Source: Eledone cirrhosa
Lineage: Eukaryota
Direction of reading: 5' to 3'
NCBI GenBank assembly: GCA_964016885.1
Contig: OZ024743.1
Location: forward strand, 233,802,001-233,866,000
Length of the DNA stretch: 64,000 bases
The translations under genes were made by a program, and so were the position numbers. A model generated the notes under the pieces. The model was given only the letters and a program-made list of their open reading frames with translations, searched no databases and was not told where the DNA came from. This document shows, one piece after another, positions 25,881 to 41,500 of the stretch. Position 1 is the stretch's first letter. The number at the start of each line of letters is the position of its first letter.

Positions 25881-27172
25881 CCGGCCCGCTATTGAAAAGG
25901 TAACTCCGCCGGCAAATCGTCATTTTTGGATTCGTTTTCTTCGAAGCACACCATTCGCCGGCGGACTTTGTTGACGTTTAACACGGTTTGGTTCCACAGC
26001 CACAACTATTGATTTTACGGAGATATCTTGCTGAAATTCACGCCACACATAGCCAATGAGTGTCTGCACATGTACCATTAATTACAGATCGATCCGACCA
26101 CGGGCGGTCGGTTTGCGATTGAAAAGGTAACTCCGCCGGCAAATCGTCATTTTTGGATTCGTTTTCTTCGAAGCACACCATTCGCCGGCTGACTTTGTTG
26201 ACGTTTAACACGGTTTGGTTCCACAGCCACAACTATTGATTTTAAGGAGATATCTTGCTGAAATTCACGCCACACATAGCCAATGAGTGTCTGCACAGGT
26301 ACCAGTAATTACAGATCGATCCGACCACGGGCGGCCGGCCCGCGATTGAAAAGGTAACTCCGCCGGCAAATCGTCATTTTTGGATTCGTTTTCTTCGAAG
26401 CACACCATTCGCCGGCGGACTTTGTTGACGTTTAACACGGTTTGGTTCCACAGCCACAACTATTGATTTTACGGAGATATCTTGCTGAAATTCACGCCAC
26501 CCATAGCCAATGAGTGTCTGCACATGTATCAGTAATTACAGATCGATCCGACCACGGGCGGCCGGCCCGCGATTGAAAAGGTAACTCCGCCGGCAAATCG
26601 TCATTTTTGGATTCGTTTTCTTCGAAGCACACCATTCGCCGGCGGACTTTGTTGACGTTTAACACGGTTTGGTTCCACAGCCACAACTATTGATTTTACG
26701 GAGATATCTTGCTGAAATTCACGCCACACATAGCCAATGAGTGTCTGCACATGTACCAGTAATTACAGATCGATCCGACCACGGGCGGCCGGCCCGCGAT
26801 TGAAAAGGTAACTCCGCCGGCAAATCGTCATTTTTGGATTCGTTTTCTTCGAAGCACACCATTCGCCGGCTGACTTTGTTGATGTTTAACACGGTTTGGT
26901 TCCACAGCCACAACTATTGATTTTAAGGAGATATCTTGCTGAAATTCACGCCACACATAGCCAATGAGTGTCTGCACAGGTACCAGTAATTACAGATCGA
27001 TCCGACCACGGGCGGCCGGCCCGCTATTGAAAAGGTAACTCCGCCGGCAAATCGTCATTTTTGGATTCGTTTTCTTCGAAGCACACCATTCGCCGGCGGA
27101 CTTTGTTGACGTTTAACACGGTTTGGTTCCACAGCCACAACTATTGATTTTACGGAGATATCTTGCTGAAAT
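24903..27172. repeat. 5-monomer (1135-bp) tandem duplication
   Basis: Units 24903, 25130, 25357, 25584 and 25811 match 26038, 26265, 26492, 26719 and 26946 variant for variant. Confidence 0.9.
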
Positions 27173-28759
27173 TCACGCCACACATAGCCAATGAGTGTCT
27201 GCACATGTACCAGTAATTACAGATCGATCCGACCACGGGCGGCCGGCCCGCGATTGAAAAGGTAACTCCGCCGGCAAATCGTCATTTTTGGATTCGTTTT
27301 CTTCGAAGCACACCATTCGCCGGCGGACTTTGTTGACGTTTAACACGGTTTGGTTCCACAGCCACAACTATTGATTTTACGGAGATATCTTGCTGAAATT
27401 CACGCCACACATAGCCAATGAGTGTCTGCACATGTACCAGTAATTACAGATCGATCCGACCACGGGCGGTCGGTTTGCGATTGAAAAGGTAACTCCGCCG
27501 GCAAATCGTCATTTTTGGATTCGTTTTCTTCGAAGCACACCATTCGCCGGCGGACTTTGTTGACGTTTAACACGGTTTGGTTCCACAGCCACAACTATTG
27601 ATTTTACGGAGATATCTTGCTGAAATTCACGCCACACATAGCCAATGAGTGTCTGCACATGTACCAGTAATTACAGATCGATCCGACCACGGGCGGTCGG
27701 TTTGCGATTGAAAAGGTAACTCCGCCGGCAAATCGTCATTTTTGGATTCGTTTTCTTCGAAGCACACCATTCGCCGGCGGACTTTGTTGACGTTTAACAC
27801 GGTTTGGTTCCACAGCCACAACTATTGATTTTACGGAGATATCTTGCTGAAATTCACGCCACACATAGCCAATGAGTGTCTGCACATGTACCAGTAATTA
27901 CAGATCGATCCGACCACGGGCGGTCGGTTTGCGATTGAAAAGGTAACTCCGCCGGCAAATCGTCATTTTTGGATTCGTTTTCTTCGAAGCACACCATTCG
28001 CCGGCGGACTTTGTTGACGTTTAAGACGGTTTGGTTCCACAGCCACAACTATTGATTTTACGGAGATATCTTGCTGAAATTCACGCCACACATAGCCAAT
28101 GAGTGTCTGCACATGTACCAGTAATTACAGATCGATCCGACCACGGGCGGCCGGCCCGCGATTGAAAAGGTAACTCCGCCGGCAAATCGTCATTTTTGGA
28201 TTCGTTTTCTTCGAAGCACACCATTCGCCGGCTGACTTTGTTGATGTTTAACACGGTTTGGTTCCACAGCCACAACTATTGATTTTACGGAGATATCTTG
28301 CTGAAATTCACGCCACACATAGCCAATGAGTGTCTGCACAGGTACCAGTAATTACAGATCGATCCGACCACGGGCGGCCGGCCCGCTATTGAAAAGGTAA
28401 CTCCGCCGGCAAATCGTCATTTTTGGATTCGTTTTCTTCGAAGCACACCATTCGCCGGCGGACTTTGTTGACGTTTAACACGGTTTGGTTCCACAGCCAC
28501 AACTATTGATTTTACGGAGATATCTTGCTGAAATTCACGCCACACAGCCAATGAGTGTCTGCACATGTACCAGTAATTACAGATCGATCCGACCACGGGC
28601 GGCCGGCCCGCGATTGAAAAGGTAACTCCGCCGGCAAATCGTCATTTTTGGATTCGTTTTCTTCGAAGCACACCATTCGCCGGCGGACTTTGTTGACGTT
28701 TAACACGGTTTGGTTCCACAGCCACAACTATTGATTTTACGGAGATATCTTGCTGAAAT

Positions 28760-31700
28760 TCACGCCACACATAGCCAATGAGTCTCTGCACATGTACCAG
28801 TAATTACAGATCGATCCGACCACGGGCGGTCGGTTTGCGATTGAAAAGGTAACTCCGCCGGCAAATCGTCATTTTTGGATTCGTTTTCTTCGAAGCACAC
28901 CATTCGCCGGCGGACTTTGTTGACGTTTAACACGGTTTGGTTCCACAGCCACAACTATTGATTTTACGGAGATATCTTCCTGAAATTCACGCCACACATA
29001 GCCAATGAGTGTCTGCACATGTACCAGTAATTACAGATCGATCCGACCACGGGCGGCCGGTTTGCGATTGAAAAGGTAACTCCGCCGGCAAATCGTCATT
29101 TTTGGATTCGTTTTCTTCGAAGCACACCATTCGCCGGCGGACTTTGTTGACGTTTAACACGGTTTGGTTCCACAGCCACAACTATTGATTTTACGGAGAT
29201 ATCTTGCTGAAATTCACGCCACACATAGCCAATGAGTGTCTGCACATGTACCAGTAATTACAGATCGATCCGACCACGGGCGGCCGGCCCGCGATTGAAA
29301 AGGTAACTCCGCCGGCAAATCGTCATTTTTGGATTCGTTTTCTTCGAAGCACACCATTCGCCGGCGGACTTTGTTGACGTTTAACACGGTTTGGTTCCAC
29401 AGCCACAACTATTGATTTTACGGAGATATCTTCCTGAAATTCACGCCACACATAGCCAATGAGTGTCTGCACATGTACCAGTAATTACAGATCGATCCGA
29501 CCACGGGCGGCCGGTTTGCGATTGAAAAGGTAACTCCGCCGGCAAATCGTCATTTTTGGATTCGTTTTCTTCGAAGCACACCATTCGCCGGCGGACTTTG
29601 TTGACGTTTAACACGGTTTGGTTCCACAGCCACAACTATTGATTTTACGGAGATATCTTGCTGAAATTCACGCCACACATAGCCAATGAGTGTCTGCACA
29701 TGTACCAGTAATGACAGATCGATCCGACCACGGGCGGCCGGCCCGCGATTGAAAAGGTAACTCCGCCGGCAAATCGTCATTTTTGGATTCGTTTTCTTCG
29801 AAGCACACCATTCGCCGGCGGACTTTGTTGACGTTTAACACGGTTTGGTTCCACAGCCACAACTATTGATTTTACGGAGATATCTTGCTGAAATTCACGC
29901 CACACATAGCCAATGAGTGTCTGCACATGTACCAGTAATTACAGATCGATCCGACCACGGGCGGCCGGCCCGCGATTGAAAAGGTAACTCCGCCGGCAAA
30001 TCGTCATTTTTGGATTCGTTTTCTTCGAAGCACACCATTCGCCGGCGGACTTTGTTGACGTTTAACACGGTTTGGTTCCACAGCCACAACTATTGATTTT
30101 ACGGAGATATCTTGCTGAAATTCACGCCACACATAGCCAATGAGTGTCTGCACATGTACCAGTAATTACAAATCGATCCGACCACGGGCGGCCGGCCCGC
30201 GATTGAAAAGGTAACTCCGCCGGCAAATCGTCATTTTTGGATTCGTTTTCTTCGAAGCACACCATTCGCCGGCGGACTTTGTTGACGTTTAACACGGTTT
30301 GGTTCCACAGCCACAACTATTGATTTTACGGAGATATCTTGCTGAAATTCACGCCACACATAGCCAATGAGTGTCTGCACATGTACCAGTAATTACAGAT
30401 CGATCCGACCACGGGCGGTCGGTTTGCGATTGAAAAGGTAACTCCGCCGGCAAATCGTCATTTTTGGATTCGTTTTCTTCGAAGCACACCATTCGCCGGC
30501 GGACTTTGTTGACGTTTAACACGGTTTGGTTCCACAGCCACAACTATTGATTTTACGGAGATATCTTGCTGAAATTCACGCCACACATAGCCAATGAGTG
30601 TCTGCACATGTACCAGTAATTACAGATCGATCCGACCACGGGCGGCCGGCCCGCGATTGAAAAGGTAACTCCGCCGGCAAATCGTCATTTTTGGATTCGT
30701 TTTCTTCGAAGCACACCATTCGCCGGCGGACTTTGTTGACGTTTAACACGGTTTGGTTCCACAGCCACAACTATTGATTTTACGGAGATATCTTGCTGAA
30801 ATTCACGCCACACATAGCCAATGAGTGTCTGCACATGTACCAGTAATTACAGATCGATCCGACCACGGGCGGCCGGCCCGCGTTTGAAAAGGTAACTCCG
30901 CCGGCAAATCGTCATTTTTGGATTCGTTTTCTTCGAAGCACACCATTCGCCGGCGGACTTTGTTGACGTTTAACACGGTTTGGTTCCACAGCCACAACTA
31001 TTGATTTTACGGAGATATCTTGCTGAAATTCACGCCACACATAGCCAATGAGTGTCTGCACATGTACCAGTAATTACAGATCGATCCGACCACGGGCGGC
31101 CGGCCCGCGATTGAAAAGGTAACTCCGCCGGCAAATCGTCATTTTTGGATTCGTTTTCTTCGAAGCACACCATTCGCCGGCGGACTTTGTTGACGTTTAA
31201 CACGGTTTGGTTCCACAGCCACAACTATTGATTTTACGGAGATATCTTGCTGAAATTCACGCCACACATAGCCAATGAGTCTCTGCACATGTACCAGTAA
31301 TTACAGATCGATCCGACCACGGGCGGTCGGTTTGCGATTGAAAAGGTAACTCCGCCGGCAAATCGTCATTTTTGGATTCGTTTTCTTCGAAGCACACCAT
31401 TCGCCGGCGGACTTTGTGACGTTTAACACGGTTTGGTTCCACAGCCACAACTATTGATTTTACGGAGATATCTTCCTGAAATTCACGCCACACATAGCCA
31501 ATGAGTGTCTGCACATGTACCAGTAATTACAGATCGATCCGACCACGGGCGGCCGGTTTGCGATTGAAAAGGTAACTCCGCCGGCAAATCGTCATTTTTG
31601 GATTCGTTTTCTTCGAAGCACACCATTCGCCGGCGGACTTTGTTGACGTTTAACACGGTTTGGTTCCACAGCCACAACTATTGATTTTACGGAGATATCT

Positions 31701-34700
31701 TGCTGAAATTCACGCCACACATAGCCAATGAGTGTCTGCACATGTACCAGTAATTACAGATCGATCCGACCACGGGCGGCCGGCCCGCGATTGAAAAGGT
31801 AACTCCGCCGGCAAATCGTCATTTTTGGATTCGTTTTCTTCGAAGCACACCATTCGCCGGCGGACTTTGTTGACGTTTAACACGGTTTGGTTCCACAGCC
31901 ACAACTATTGATTTTACGGAGATATCTTCCTGAAATTCACGCCACACATAGCCAATGAGTGTCTGCACATGTACCAGTAATTACAGATCGATCCGACCAC
32001 GGGCGGCCGGTTTGCGATTGAAAAGGTAACTCCGCCGGCAAATCGTCATTTTTGGATTCGTTTTCTTCGAAGCACACCATTCGCCGGCGGACTTTGTTGA
32101 CGTTTAACACGGTTTGGTTCCACAGCCACAACTATTGATTTTACGGAGATATCTTGCTGAAATTCACGCCACACATAGCCAATGAGTGTCTGCACATGTA
32201 CCAGTAATGACAGATCGATCCGACCACGGGCGGCCGGCCCGCGATTGAAAAGGTAACTCCGCCGGCAAATCGTCATTTTTGGATTCGTTTTCTTCGAAGC
32301 ACACCATTCGCCGGCGGACTTTGTTGACGTTTAACACGGTTTGGTTCCACAGCCACAACTATTGATTTTACGGAGATATCTTGCTGAAATTCACGCCACA
32401 CATAGCCAATGAGTGTCTGCACATGTACCAGTAATTACAGATCGATCCGACCACGGGCGGCCGGCCCGCGATTGAAAAGGTAACTCCGCCGGCAAATCGT
32501 CATTTTTGGATTCGTTTTCTTCGAAGCACACCATTCGCCGGCGGACTTTGTTGACGTTTAACACGGTTTGGTTCCACAGCCACAACTATTGATTTTACGG
32601 AGATATCTTGCTGAAATTCACGCCACACATAGCCAATGAGTCTCTGCACATGTACCAGTAATTACAGATCGATCCGACCACGGGCGGTCGGTTTGCGATT
32701 GAAAAGGTAACTCCGCCGGCAAATCGTCATTTTTGGATTCGTTTTCTTCGAAGCACACCATTCGCCGGCGGACTTTGTTGACGTTTAAGACGGTTTGGTT
32801 CCACAGCCACAACTATTGATTTTACGGAGATATCTTCCTGAAATTCACGCCACACATAGCCAATGAGTGTCTGCACATGTACCAGTAATTACAGATCGAT
32901 CCGACCACGGGCGGCCGGCCCGCGATTGAAAAGGTAACTCCGCCGGCAAATCGTCATTTTTGGATTCGTTTTCTTCGAAGCACACCATTCGCCGGCTGAC
33001 TTTGTTGACGTTTAACACGGTTTGGTTCCACAGCCACAACTATTGATTTTACGGAGATATCTTGCTGAAATTCACGCCACACATAGCCAATGAGTGTCTG
33101 CACATGTACCAGTAATTACAAATCGATCCGACCACGGGCGGCCGGCCCGCGATTGAAAAGGTAACTCCGCCGGCAAATCGTCATTTTTGGATTCGTTTTC
33201 TTCGAAGCACACCATTCGCCGGCGGACTTTGTTGACGTTTAACACGGTTTGGTTCCACAGCCACAACTATTGATTTTACGGAGATATCTTGCTGAAATTC
33301 ACGCCACACATAGCCAATGAGTGTCTGCACATGTACCAGTAATTACAGATCGATCCGACCACGGGCGGTCGGTTTGCGATTGAAAAGGTAACTCCGCCGG
33401 CAAATCGTCATTTTTGGATTCGTTTTCTTCGAAGCACACCATTCGCCGGCGGACTTTGTTGACGTTTAACACGGTTTGGTTCCACAGCCACAACTATTGA
33501 TTTTACGGAGATATCTTGCTGAAATTCACGCCACACATAGCCAATGAGTGTCTGCACATGTACCAGTAATTACAGATCGATCCGACCACGGGCGGCCGGC
33601 CCGCGATTGAAAAGGTAACTCCGCCGGCAAATCGTCATTTTTGGATTCGTTTTCTTCGAAGCACACCATTCGCCGGCGGACTTTGTTGACGTTTAACACG
33701 GTTTGGTTCCACAGCCACAACTATTGATTTTACGGAGATATCTTGCTGAAATTCACGCCACACATAGCCAATGAGTGTCTGCACATGTACCAGTAATTAC
33801 AGATCGATCCGACCACGGGCGGCCGGCCCGCGTTTGAAAAGGTAACTCCGCCGGCAAATCGTCATTTTTGGATTCGTTTTCTTCGAAGCACACCATTCGC
33901 CGGCGGACTTTGTTGACGTTTAACACGGTTTGGTTCCACAGCCACAACTATTGATTTTACGGAGATATCTTGCTGAAATTCACGCCACACATAGCCAATG
34001 AGTGTCTGCACATGTACCAGTAATTACAGATCGATCCGACCACGGGCGGCCGGCCCGCGATTGAAAAGGTAACTCCGCCGGCAAATCGTCATTTTTGGAT
34101 TCGTTTTCTTCGAAGCACACCATTCGCCGGCGGACTTTGTTGACGTTTAACACGGTTTGGTTCCACAGCCACAACTATTGATTTTACGGAGATATCTTGC
34201 TGAAATTCACGCCACACATAGCCAATGAGTCTCTGCACATGTACCAGTAATTACAGATCGATCCGACCACGGGCGGTCGGTTTGCGATTGAAAAGGTAAC
34301 TCCGCCGGCAAATCGTCATTTTTGGATTCGTTTTCTTCGAAGCACACCATTCGCCGGCGGACTTTGTTGACGTTTAAGACGGTTTGGTTCCACAGCCACA
34401 ACTATTGATTTTACGGAGATATCTTGCTGAAATTCACGCCACACATAGCCAATGAGTGTCTGCACATGTACCAGTAATTACAGATCGATCCGACCACGGG
34501 CGGCCGGCCCGCGATTGAAAAGGTAACTCCGCCGGCAAATCGTCATTTTTGGATTCGTTTTCTTCGAAGCACACCATTCGCCGGCGGACTTTGTTGACGT
34601 TTAACACGGTTTGGTTCCACAGCCACAACTATTGATTTTACGGAGATATCTTCCTGAAATTCACGCCACACATAGCCAATGAGTGTCTGCACATGTACCA

Positions 34701-36930
34701 GTAATTACAGATCGATCCGACCACGGGCGGCCGGTTTGCGATTGAAAAGGTAACTCCGCCGGCAAATCGTCATTTTTGGATTCGTTTTCTTCGAAGCACA
34801 CCATTCGCCGGCGGACTTTGTTGACGTTTAACACGGTTTGGTTCCACAGCCACAACTATTGATTTTACGGAGATATCTTGCTGAAATTCACGCCACACAT
34901 AGCCAATGAGTGTCTGCACATGTACCAGTAATGACAGATCGATCCGACCACGGGCGGCCGGCCCGCGATTGAAAAGGTAACTCCGCCGGCAAATCGTCAT
35001 TTTTGGATTCGTTTTCTTCGAAGCACACCATTCGCCGGCGGACTTTGTTGACGTTTAACACGGTTTGGTTCCACAGCCACAACTATTGATTTTACGGAGA
35101 TATCTTGCTGAAATTCACGCCACACATAGCCAATGAGTGTCTGCACATGTACCAGTAATTACAGATCGATCCGACCACGGGCGGCCGGCCCGCGATTGAA
35201 AAGGTAACTCCGCCGGCAAATCGTCATTTTTGGATTCGTTTTCTTCGAAGCACACCATTCGCCGGCGGACTTTGTTGACGTTTAACACGGTTTGGTTCCA
35301 CAGCCACAACTATTGATTTTACGGAGATATCTTGCTGAAATTCACGCCACACATAGCCAATGAGTCTCTGCACATGTACCAGTAATTACAGATCGATCCG
35401 ACCACGGGCGGTCGGTTTGCGATTGAAAAGGTAACTCCGCCGGCAAATCGTCATTTTTGGATTCGTTTTCTTCGAAGCACACCATTCGCCGGCGGACTTT
35501 GTTGACGTTTAAGACGGTTTGGTTCCACAGCCACAACTATTGATTTTACGGAGATATCTTCCTGAAATTCACGCCACACATAGCCAATGAGTGTCTGCAC
35601 ATGTACCAGTAATTACAGATCGATCCGACCACGGGCGGCCGGCCCGCGATTGAAAAGGTAACTCCGCCGGCAAATCGTCATTTTTGGATTCGTTTTCTTC
35701 GAAGCACACCATTCGCCGGCTGACTTTGTTGACGTTTAACACGGTTTGGTTCCACAGCCACAACTATTGATTTTACGGAGATATCTTGCTGAAATTCACG
35801 CCACACATAGCCAATGAGTGTCTGCACATGTACCAGTAATTACAAATCGATCCGACCACGGGCGGCCGGCCCGCGATTGAAAAGGTAACTCCGCCGGCAA
35901 ATCGTCATTTTTGGATTCGTTTTCTTCGAAGCACACCATTCGCCGGCGGACTTTGTTGACGTTTAACACGGTTTGGTTCCACAGCCACAACTATTGATTT
36001 TACGGAGATATCTTGCTGAAATTCACGCCACACATAGCCAATGAGTGTCTGCACATGTACCAGTAATTACAGATCGATCCGACCACGGGCGGTCGGTTTG
36101 CGATTGAAAAGGTAACTCCGCCGGCAAATCGTCATTTTTGGATTCGTTTTCTTCGAAGCACACCATTCGCCGGCGGACTTTGTTGACGTTTAACACGGTT
36201 TGGTTCCACAGCCACAACTATTGATTTTACGGAGATATCTTGCTGAAATTCACGCCACACATAGCCAATGAGTGTCTGCACATGTACCAGTAATTACAGA
36301 TCGATCCGACCACGGGCGGCCGGCCCGCGATTGAAAAGGTAACTCCGCCGGCAAATCGTCATTTTTGGATTCGTTTTCTTCGAAGCACACCATTCGCCGG
36401 CGGACTTTGTTGACGTTTAACACGGTTTGGTTCCACAGCCACAACTATTGATTTTACGGAGATATCTTGCTGAAATTCACGCCACACATAGCCAATGAGT
36501 GTCTGCACATGTACCAGTAATTACAGATCGATCCGACCACGGGCGGCCGGCCCGCGTTTGAAAAGGTAACTCCGCCGGCAAATCGTCATTTTTGGATTCG
36601 TTTTCTTCGAAGCACACCATTCGCCGGCGGACTTTGTTGACGTTTAACACGGTTTGGTTCCACAGCCACAACTATTGATTTTACGGAGATATCTTGCTGA
36701 AATTCACGCCACACATAGCCAATGAGTGTCTGCACATGTACCAGTAATTACAGATCGATCCGACCACGGGCGGCCGGCCCGCGATTGAAAAGGTAACTCC
36801 GCCGGCAAATCGTCATTTTTGGATTCGTTTTCTTCGAAGCACACCATTCGCCGGCGGACTTTGTTGACGTTTAACACGGTTTGGTTCCACAGCCACAACT
36901 ATTGATTTTACGGAGATATCTTGCTGAAAT
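28760..36930. repeat. Three related higher-order units of 11, 13 and 12 monomers
   Basis: Units start at 28760, 31257 and 34207. Each has one GTAATGAC monomer (29668, 32164, 34888), one ACAAATCG monomer (30122, 33072, 35796) and one GCGTTTG monomer (30803, 33753, 36477). Confidence 0.85.
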
Positions 36931-38519
36931 TCACGCCACACATAGCCAATGAGTCTCTGCACATGTACCAGTAATTACAGATCGATCCGACCACGGGCGG
37001 TCGGTTTGCGATTGAAAAGGTAACTCCGCCGGCAAATCGTCATTTTTGGATTCGTTTTCTTCGAAGCACACCATTCGCCGGCGGACTTTGTTGACGTTTA
37101 AGACGGTTTGGTTCCACAGCCACAACTATTGATTTTACGGAGATATCTTCCTGAAATTCACGCCACACATAGCCAATGAGTGTCTGCACATGTACCAGTA
37201 ATTACAGATCGATCCGACCACGGGCGGCCGGCCCGCGATTGAAAAGGTAACTCCGCCGGCAAATCGTCATTTTTGGATTCGTTTTCTTCGAAGCACACCA
37301 TTCGCCGGCTGACTTTGTTGACGTTTAACACGGTTTGGTTCCACAGCCACAACTATTGATTTTACGGAGATATCTTGCTGAAATTCACGCCACACATAGC
37401 CAATGAGTGTCTGCACATGTACCAGTAATTACAAATCGATCCGACCACGGGCGGCCGGCCCGCGATTGAAAAGGTAACTCCGCCGGCAAATCGTCATTTT
37501 TGGATTCGTTTTCTTCGAAGCACACCATTCGCCGGCGGACTTTGTTGACGTTTAACACGGTTTGGTTCCACAGCCACAACTATTGATTTTACGGAGATAT
37601 CTTGCTGAAATTCACGCCACACATAGCCAATGAGTGTCTGCACATGTACCAGTAATTACAGATCGATCCGACCACGGGCGGTCGGTTTGCGATTGAAAAG
37701 GTAACTCCGCCGGCAAATCGTCATTTTTGGATTCGTTTTCTTCGAAGCACACCATTCGCCGGCTGACTTTGTTGACGTTTAACACGGTTTGGTTCCACAG
37801 CCACAACTATTGATTTTACGGAGATATCTTGCTGAAATTCACGCCACACATAGCCAATGAGTGTCTGCACATGTACCAGTAATTACAGATCGATCCGACC
37901 ACGGGCGGTCGGTTTGCGATTGAAAAGGTAACTCCGCCGGCAAATCGTCATTTTTGGATTCGTTTTCTTCGAAGCACACCATTCGCCAGCTGACTTTGTT
38001 GACGTTTAACACGGTTTGGTTCCACAGCCACAACTATTGATTTTAAGGAGATATCTTGCTGAAATTCACGCCACACATAGCCAATGAGTGTCTGCACATG
38101 TACCAGTAATTACAGATCGATCCGACCACGGGCGGCCGGCCCGCGATTGAAAAGGTAACTCCGCCGGCAAATCGTCATTTTTGGATTCGTTTTCTTCGAA
38201 GCACACCATTCGCCGGCGGACTTTGTTGACGTTTAACACGGTTTGGTTCCACAGCCACAACTATTGATTTTACGGAGATATCTTGCTGAAATTCACGCCA
38301 CACATAGCCAATGAGTGTCTTCACATGTACCAGTAATTACAGATCGATCCGACCACGGGCGGCCGGCCCGCGATTGAAAAGGTAACTCCGCCGGCAAATC
38401 GTCATTTTTGGATTCGTTTTCTTCGAAGCACACCATTCGCCGGCGGACTTTGTTGACGTTTAACACGGTTTGGTTCCACAGCCACAACTATTGATTTTAC
38501 GGAGATATCTTGCTGAAAT

Positions 38520-41500
38520 TCACGCCACACATAGCCAATGAGTCTCTGCACATGTACCATTAATTACAGATCGATCCGACCACGGGCGGTCGGTTTGCGA
38601 TAGAAAAGGTAACTCCGCCGGCAAATCGTCATTTTTGGATTCGTTTTCTTCGAAGCACACCATTCGCCGGCTGACTTTGTTGACGTTTAACACGGTTTGG
38701 TTCCACAGCCACAACTATTGATTTTAAGGAGATATCTTGCTGAAATTCACGCCACACATAGCCAATGAGTCTCTGCACATGTACCATTAATTACAGATCG
38801 ATCCGACCACGGGCGGTCGGTTTGCGATTGAAAAGGTAACTCCGCCGGCAAATCGTCATTTTTGGATTCGTTTTCTTCGAAGCACACCATTCGCCGGCTG
38901 ACTTTGTTGACGTTTAACACGGTTTGGTTCCACAGCCACAACTATTGATTTTAAGGAGATATCTTGCTGAAATTCACGCCACACATAGCCAATGAGTGTC
39001 TGCACATGTACCAGTAATTACAGATCGATCCGACCACGGGCGGCCGGCCCGCGATTGAAAAGGTAACTCCGCCGGCAAATCGTCATTTTTGGATTCGTTT
39101 TCTTCGAAGCACACCATTCGCCGGCGGACTTTGTTGACGTTTAACACGGTTTGGTTCCACAGCCACAACTATTGATTTTACGGAGATATCTTGCTGAAAT
39201 TCACGCCACACATAGCCAATGAGTCTCTGCACATGTACCAGTAATTACAGATCGATCCGACCACGGGCGGTCGGTTTGCGATTGAAAAGGTAACTCCGCC
39301 GGCAAATCGTCATTTTTGGATTCGTTTTCTTCGAAGCACACCATTCGCCGGCGGACTTTGTTGACGTTTAAGACGGTTTGGTTCCACAGCCACAACTATT
39401 GATTTTACGGAGATATCTTCCTGAAATTCACGCCACACATAGCCAATGAGTGTCTGCACATGTACCAGTAATTACAGATCGATCCGACCACGGGCGGCCG
39501 GCCCGCGATTGAAAAGGTAACTCCGCCGGCAAATCGTCATTTTTGGATTCGTTTTCTTCGAAGCACACCATTCGCCGGCTGACTTTGTTGACGTTTAACA
39601 CGGTTTGGTTCCACAGCCACAACTATTGATTTTACGGAGATATCTTGCTGAAATTCACGCCACACATAGCCAATGAGTGTCTGCACATGTACCAGTAATT
39701 ACAAATCGATCCGACCACGGGCGGCCGGCCCGCGATTGAAAAGGTAACTCCGCCGGCAAATCGTCATTTTTGGATTCGTTTTCTTCGAAGCACACCATTC
39801 GCCGGCGGACTTTGTTGACGTTTAACACGGTTTGGTTCCACAGCCACAACTATTGATTTTACGGAGATATCTTGCTGAAATTCACGCCACACATAGCCAA
39901 TGAGTGTCTGCACATGTACCAGTAATTACAGATCGATCCGACCACGGGCGGTCGGTTTGCGATTGAAAAGGTAACTCCGCCGGCAAATCGTCATTTTTGG
40001 ATTCGTTTTCTTCGAAGCACACCATTCGCCGGCGGACTTTGTTGACGTTTAACACGGTTTGGTTCCACAGCCACAACTATTGATTTTACGGAGATATCTT
40101 GCTGAAATTCACGCCACACATAGCCAATGAGTGTCTGCACATGTACCAGTAATTACAGATCGATCCGACCACGGGCGGCCGGCCCGCGATTGAAAAGGTA
40201 ACTCCGCCGGCAAATCGTCATTTTTGGATTCGTTTTCTTCGAAGCACACCATTCGCCGGCGGACTTTGTTGACGTTTAACACGGTTTGGTTCCACAGCCA
40301 CAACTATTGATTTTACGGAGATATCTTGCTGAAATTCACGCCACACATAGCCAATGAGTGTCTGCACATGTACCAGTAATTACAGATCGATCCGACCACG
40401 GGCGGCCGGCCCGCGTTTGAAAAGGTAACTCCGCCGGCAAATCGTCATTTTTGGATTCGTTTTCTTCGAAGCACACCATTCGCCGGCGGACTTTGTTGAC
40501 GTTTAACACGGTTTGGTTCCACAGCCACAACTATTGATTTTAAGGAGATATCTTGCTGAAATTCACGCCACACATAGCCAATGAGTGTCTGCACATGTAC
40601 CAGTAATTACAGATCGATCCGACCACGGGCGGCCGGCCCGCGATTGAAAAGGTAACTCCGCCGGCAAATCGTCATTTTTGGATTCGTTTTCTTCGAAGCA
40701 CACCATTCGCCGGCGGACTTTGTTGACGTTTAACACGGTTTGGTTCCACAGCCACAACTATTGATTTTACGGAGATATCTTGCTGAAATTCACGCCACAC
40801 ATAGCCAATGAGTCTCTGCACATGTACCATTAATTACAGATCGATCCGACCACGGGCGGTCGGTTTGCGATAGAAAAGGTAACTCCGCCGGCAAATCGTC
40901 ATTTTTGGATTCGTTTTCTTCGAAGCACACCATTCGCCGGCTGACTTTGTTGACGTTTAACACGGTTTGGTTCCACAGCCACAACTATTGATTTTAAGGA
41001 GATATCTTGCTGAAATTCACGCCACACATAGCCAATGAGTCTCTGCACATGTACCATTAATTACAGATCGATCCGACCACGGGCGGTCGGTTTGCGATTG
41101 AAAAGGTAACTCCGCCGGCAAATCGTCATTTTTGGATTCGTTTTCTTCGAAGCACACCATTCGCCGGCTGACTTTGTTGACGTTTAACACGGTTTGGTTC
41201 CACAGCCACAACTATTGATTTTAAGGAGATATCTTGCTGAAATTCACGCCACACATAGCCAATGAGTGTCTGCACATGTACCAGTAATTACAGATCGATC
41301 CGACCACGGGCGGCCGGCCCGCGATTGAAAAGGTAACTCCGCCGGCAAATCGTCATTTTTGGATTCGTTTTCTTCGAAGCACACCATTCGCCGGCGGACT
41401 TTGTTGACGTTTAACACGGTTTGGTTCCACAGCCACAACTATTGATTTTACGGAGATATCTTGCTGAAATTCACGCCACACATAGCCAATGAGTCTCTGC

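Noticed and set aside
31417-31417. Single 226-bp monomer as a biological variant
   Set aside because: It is a one-off 1-bp deletion (TTTGTGAC) absent from the paralogous unit at 28760. It cannot be distinguished from a consensus error without reads.
29550-35000. Longer 76-aa and 85-aa ORFs (and the 71-aa ORFs elsewhere)
   Set aside because: They arise only from a single substitution (GTAATGAC) or 1-2 bp deletions that remove a stop or shift the frame within the repeat.
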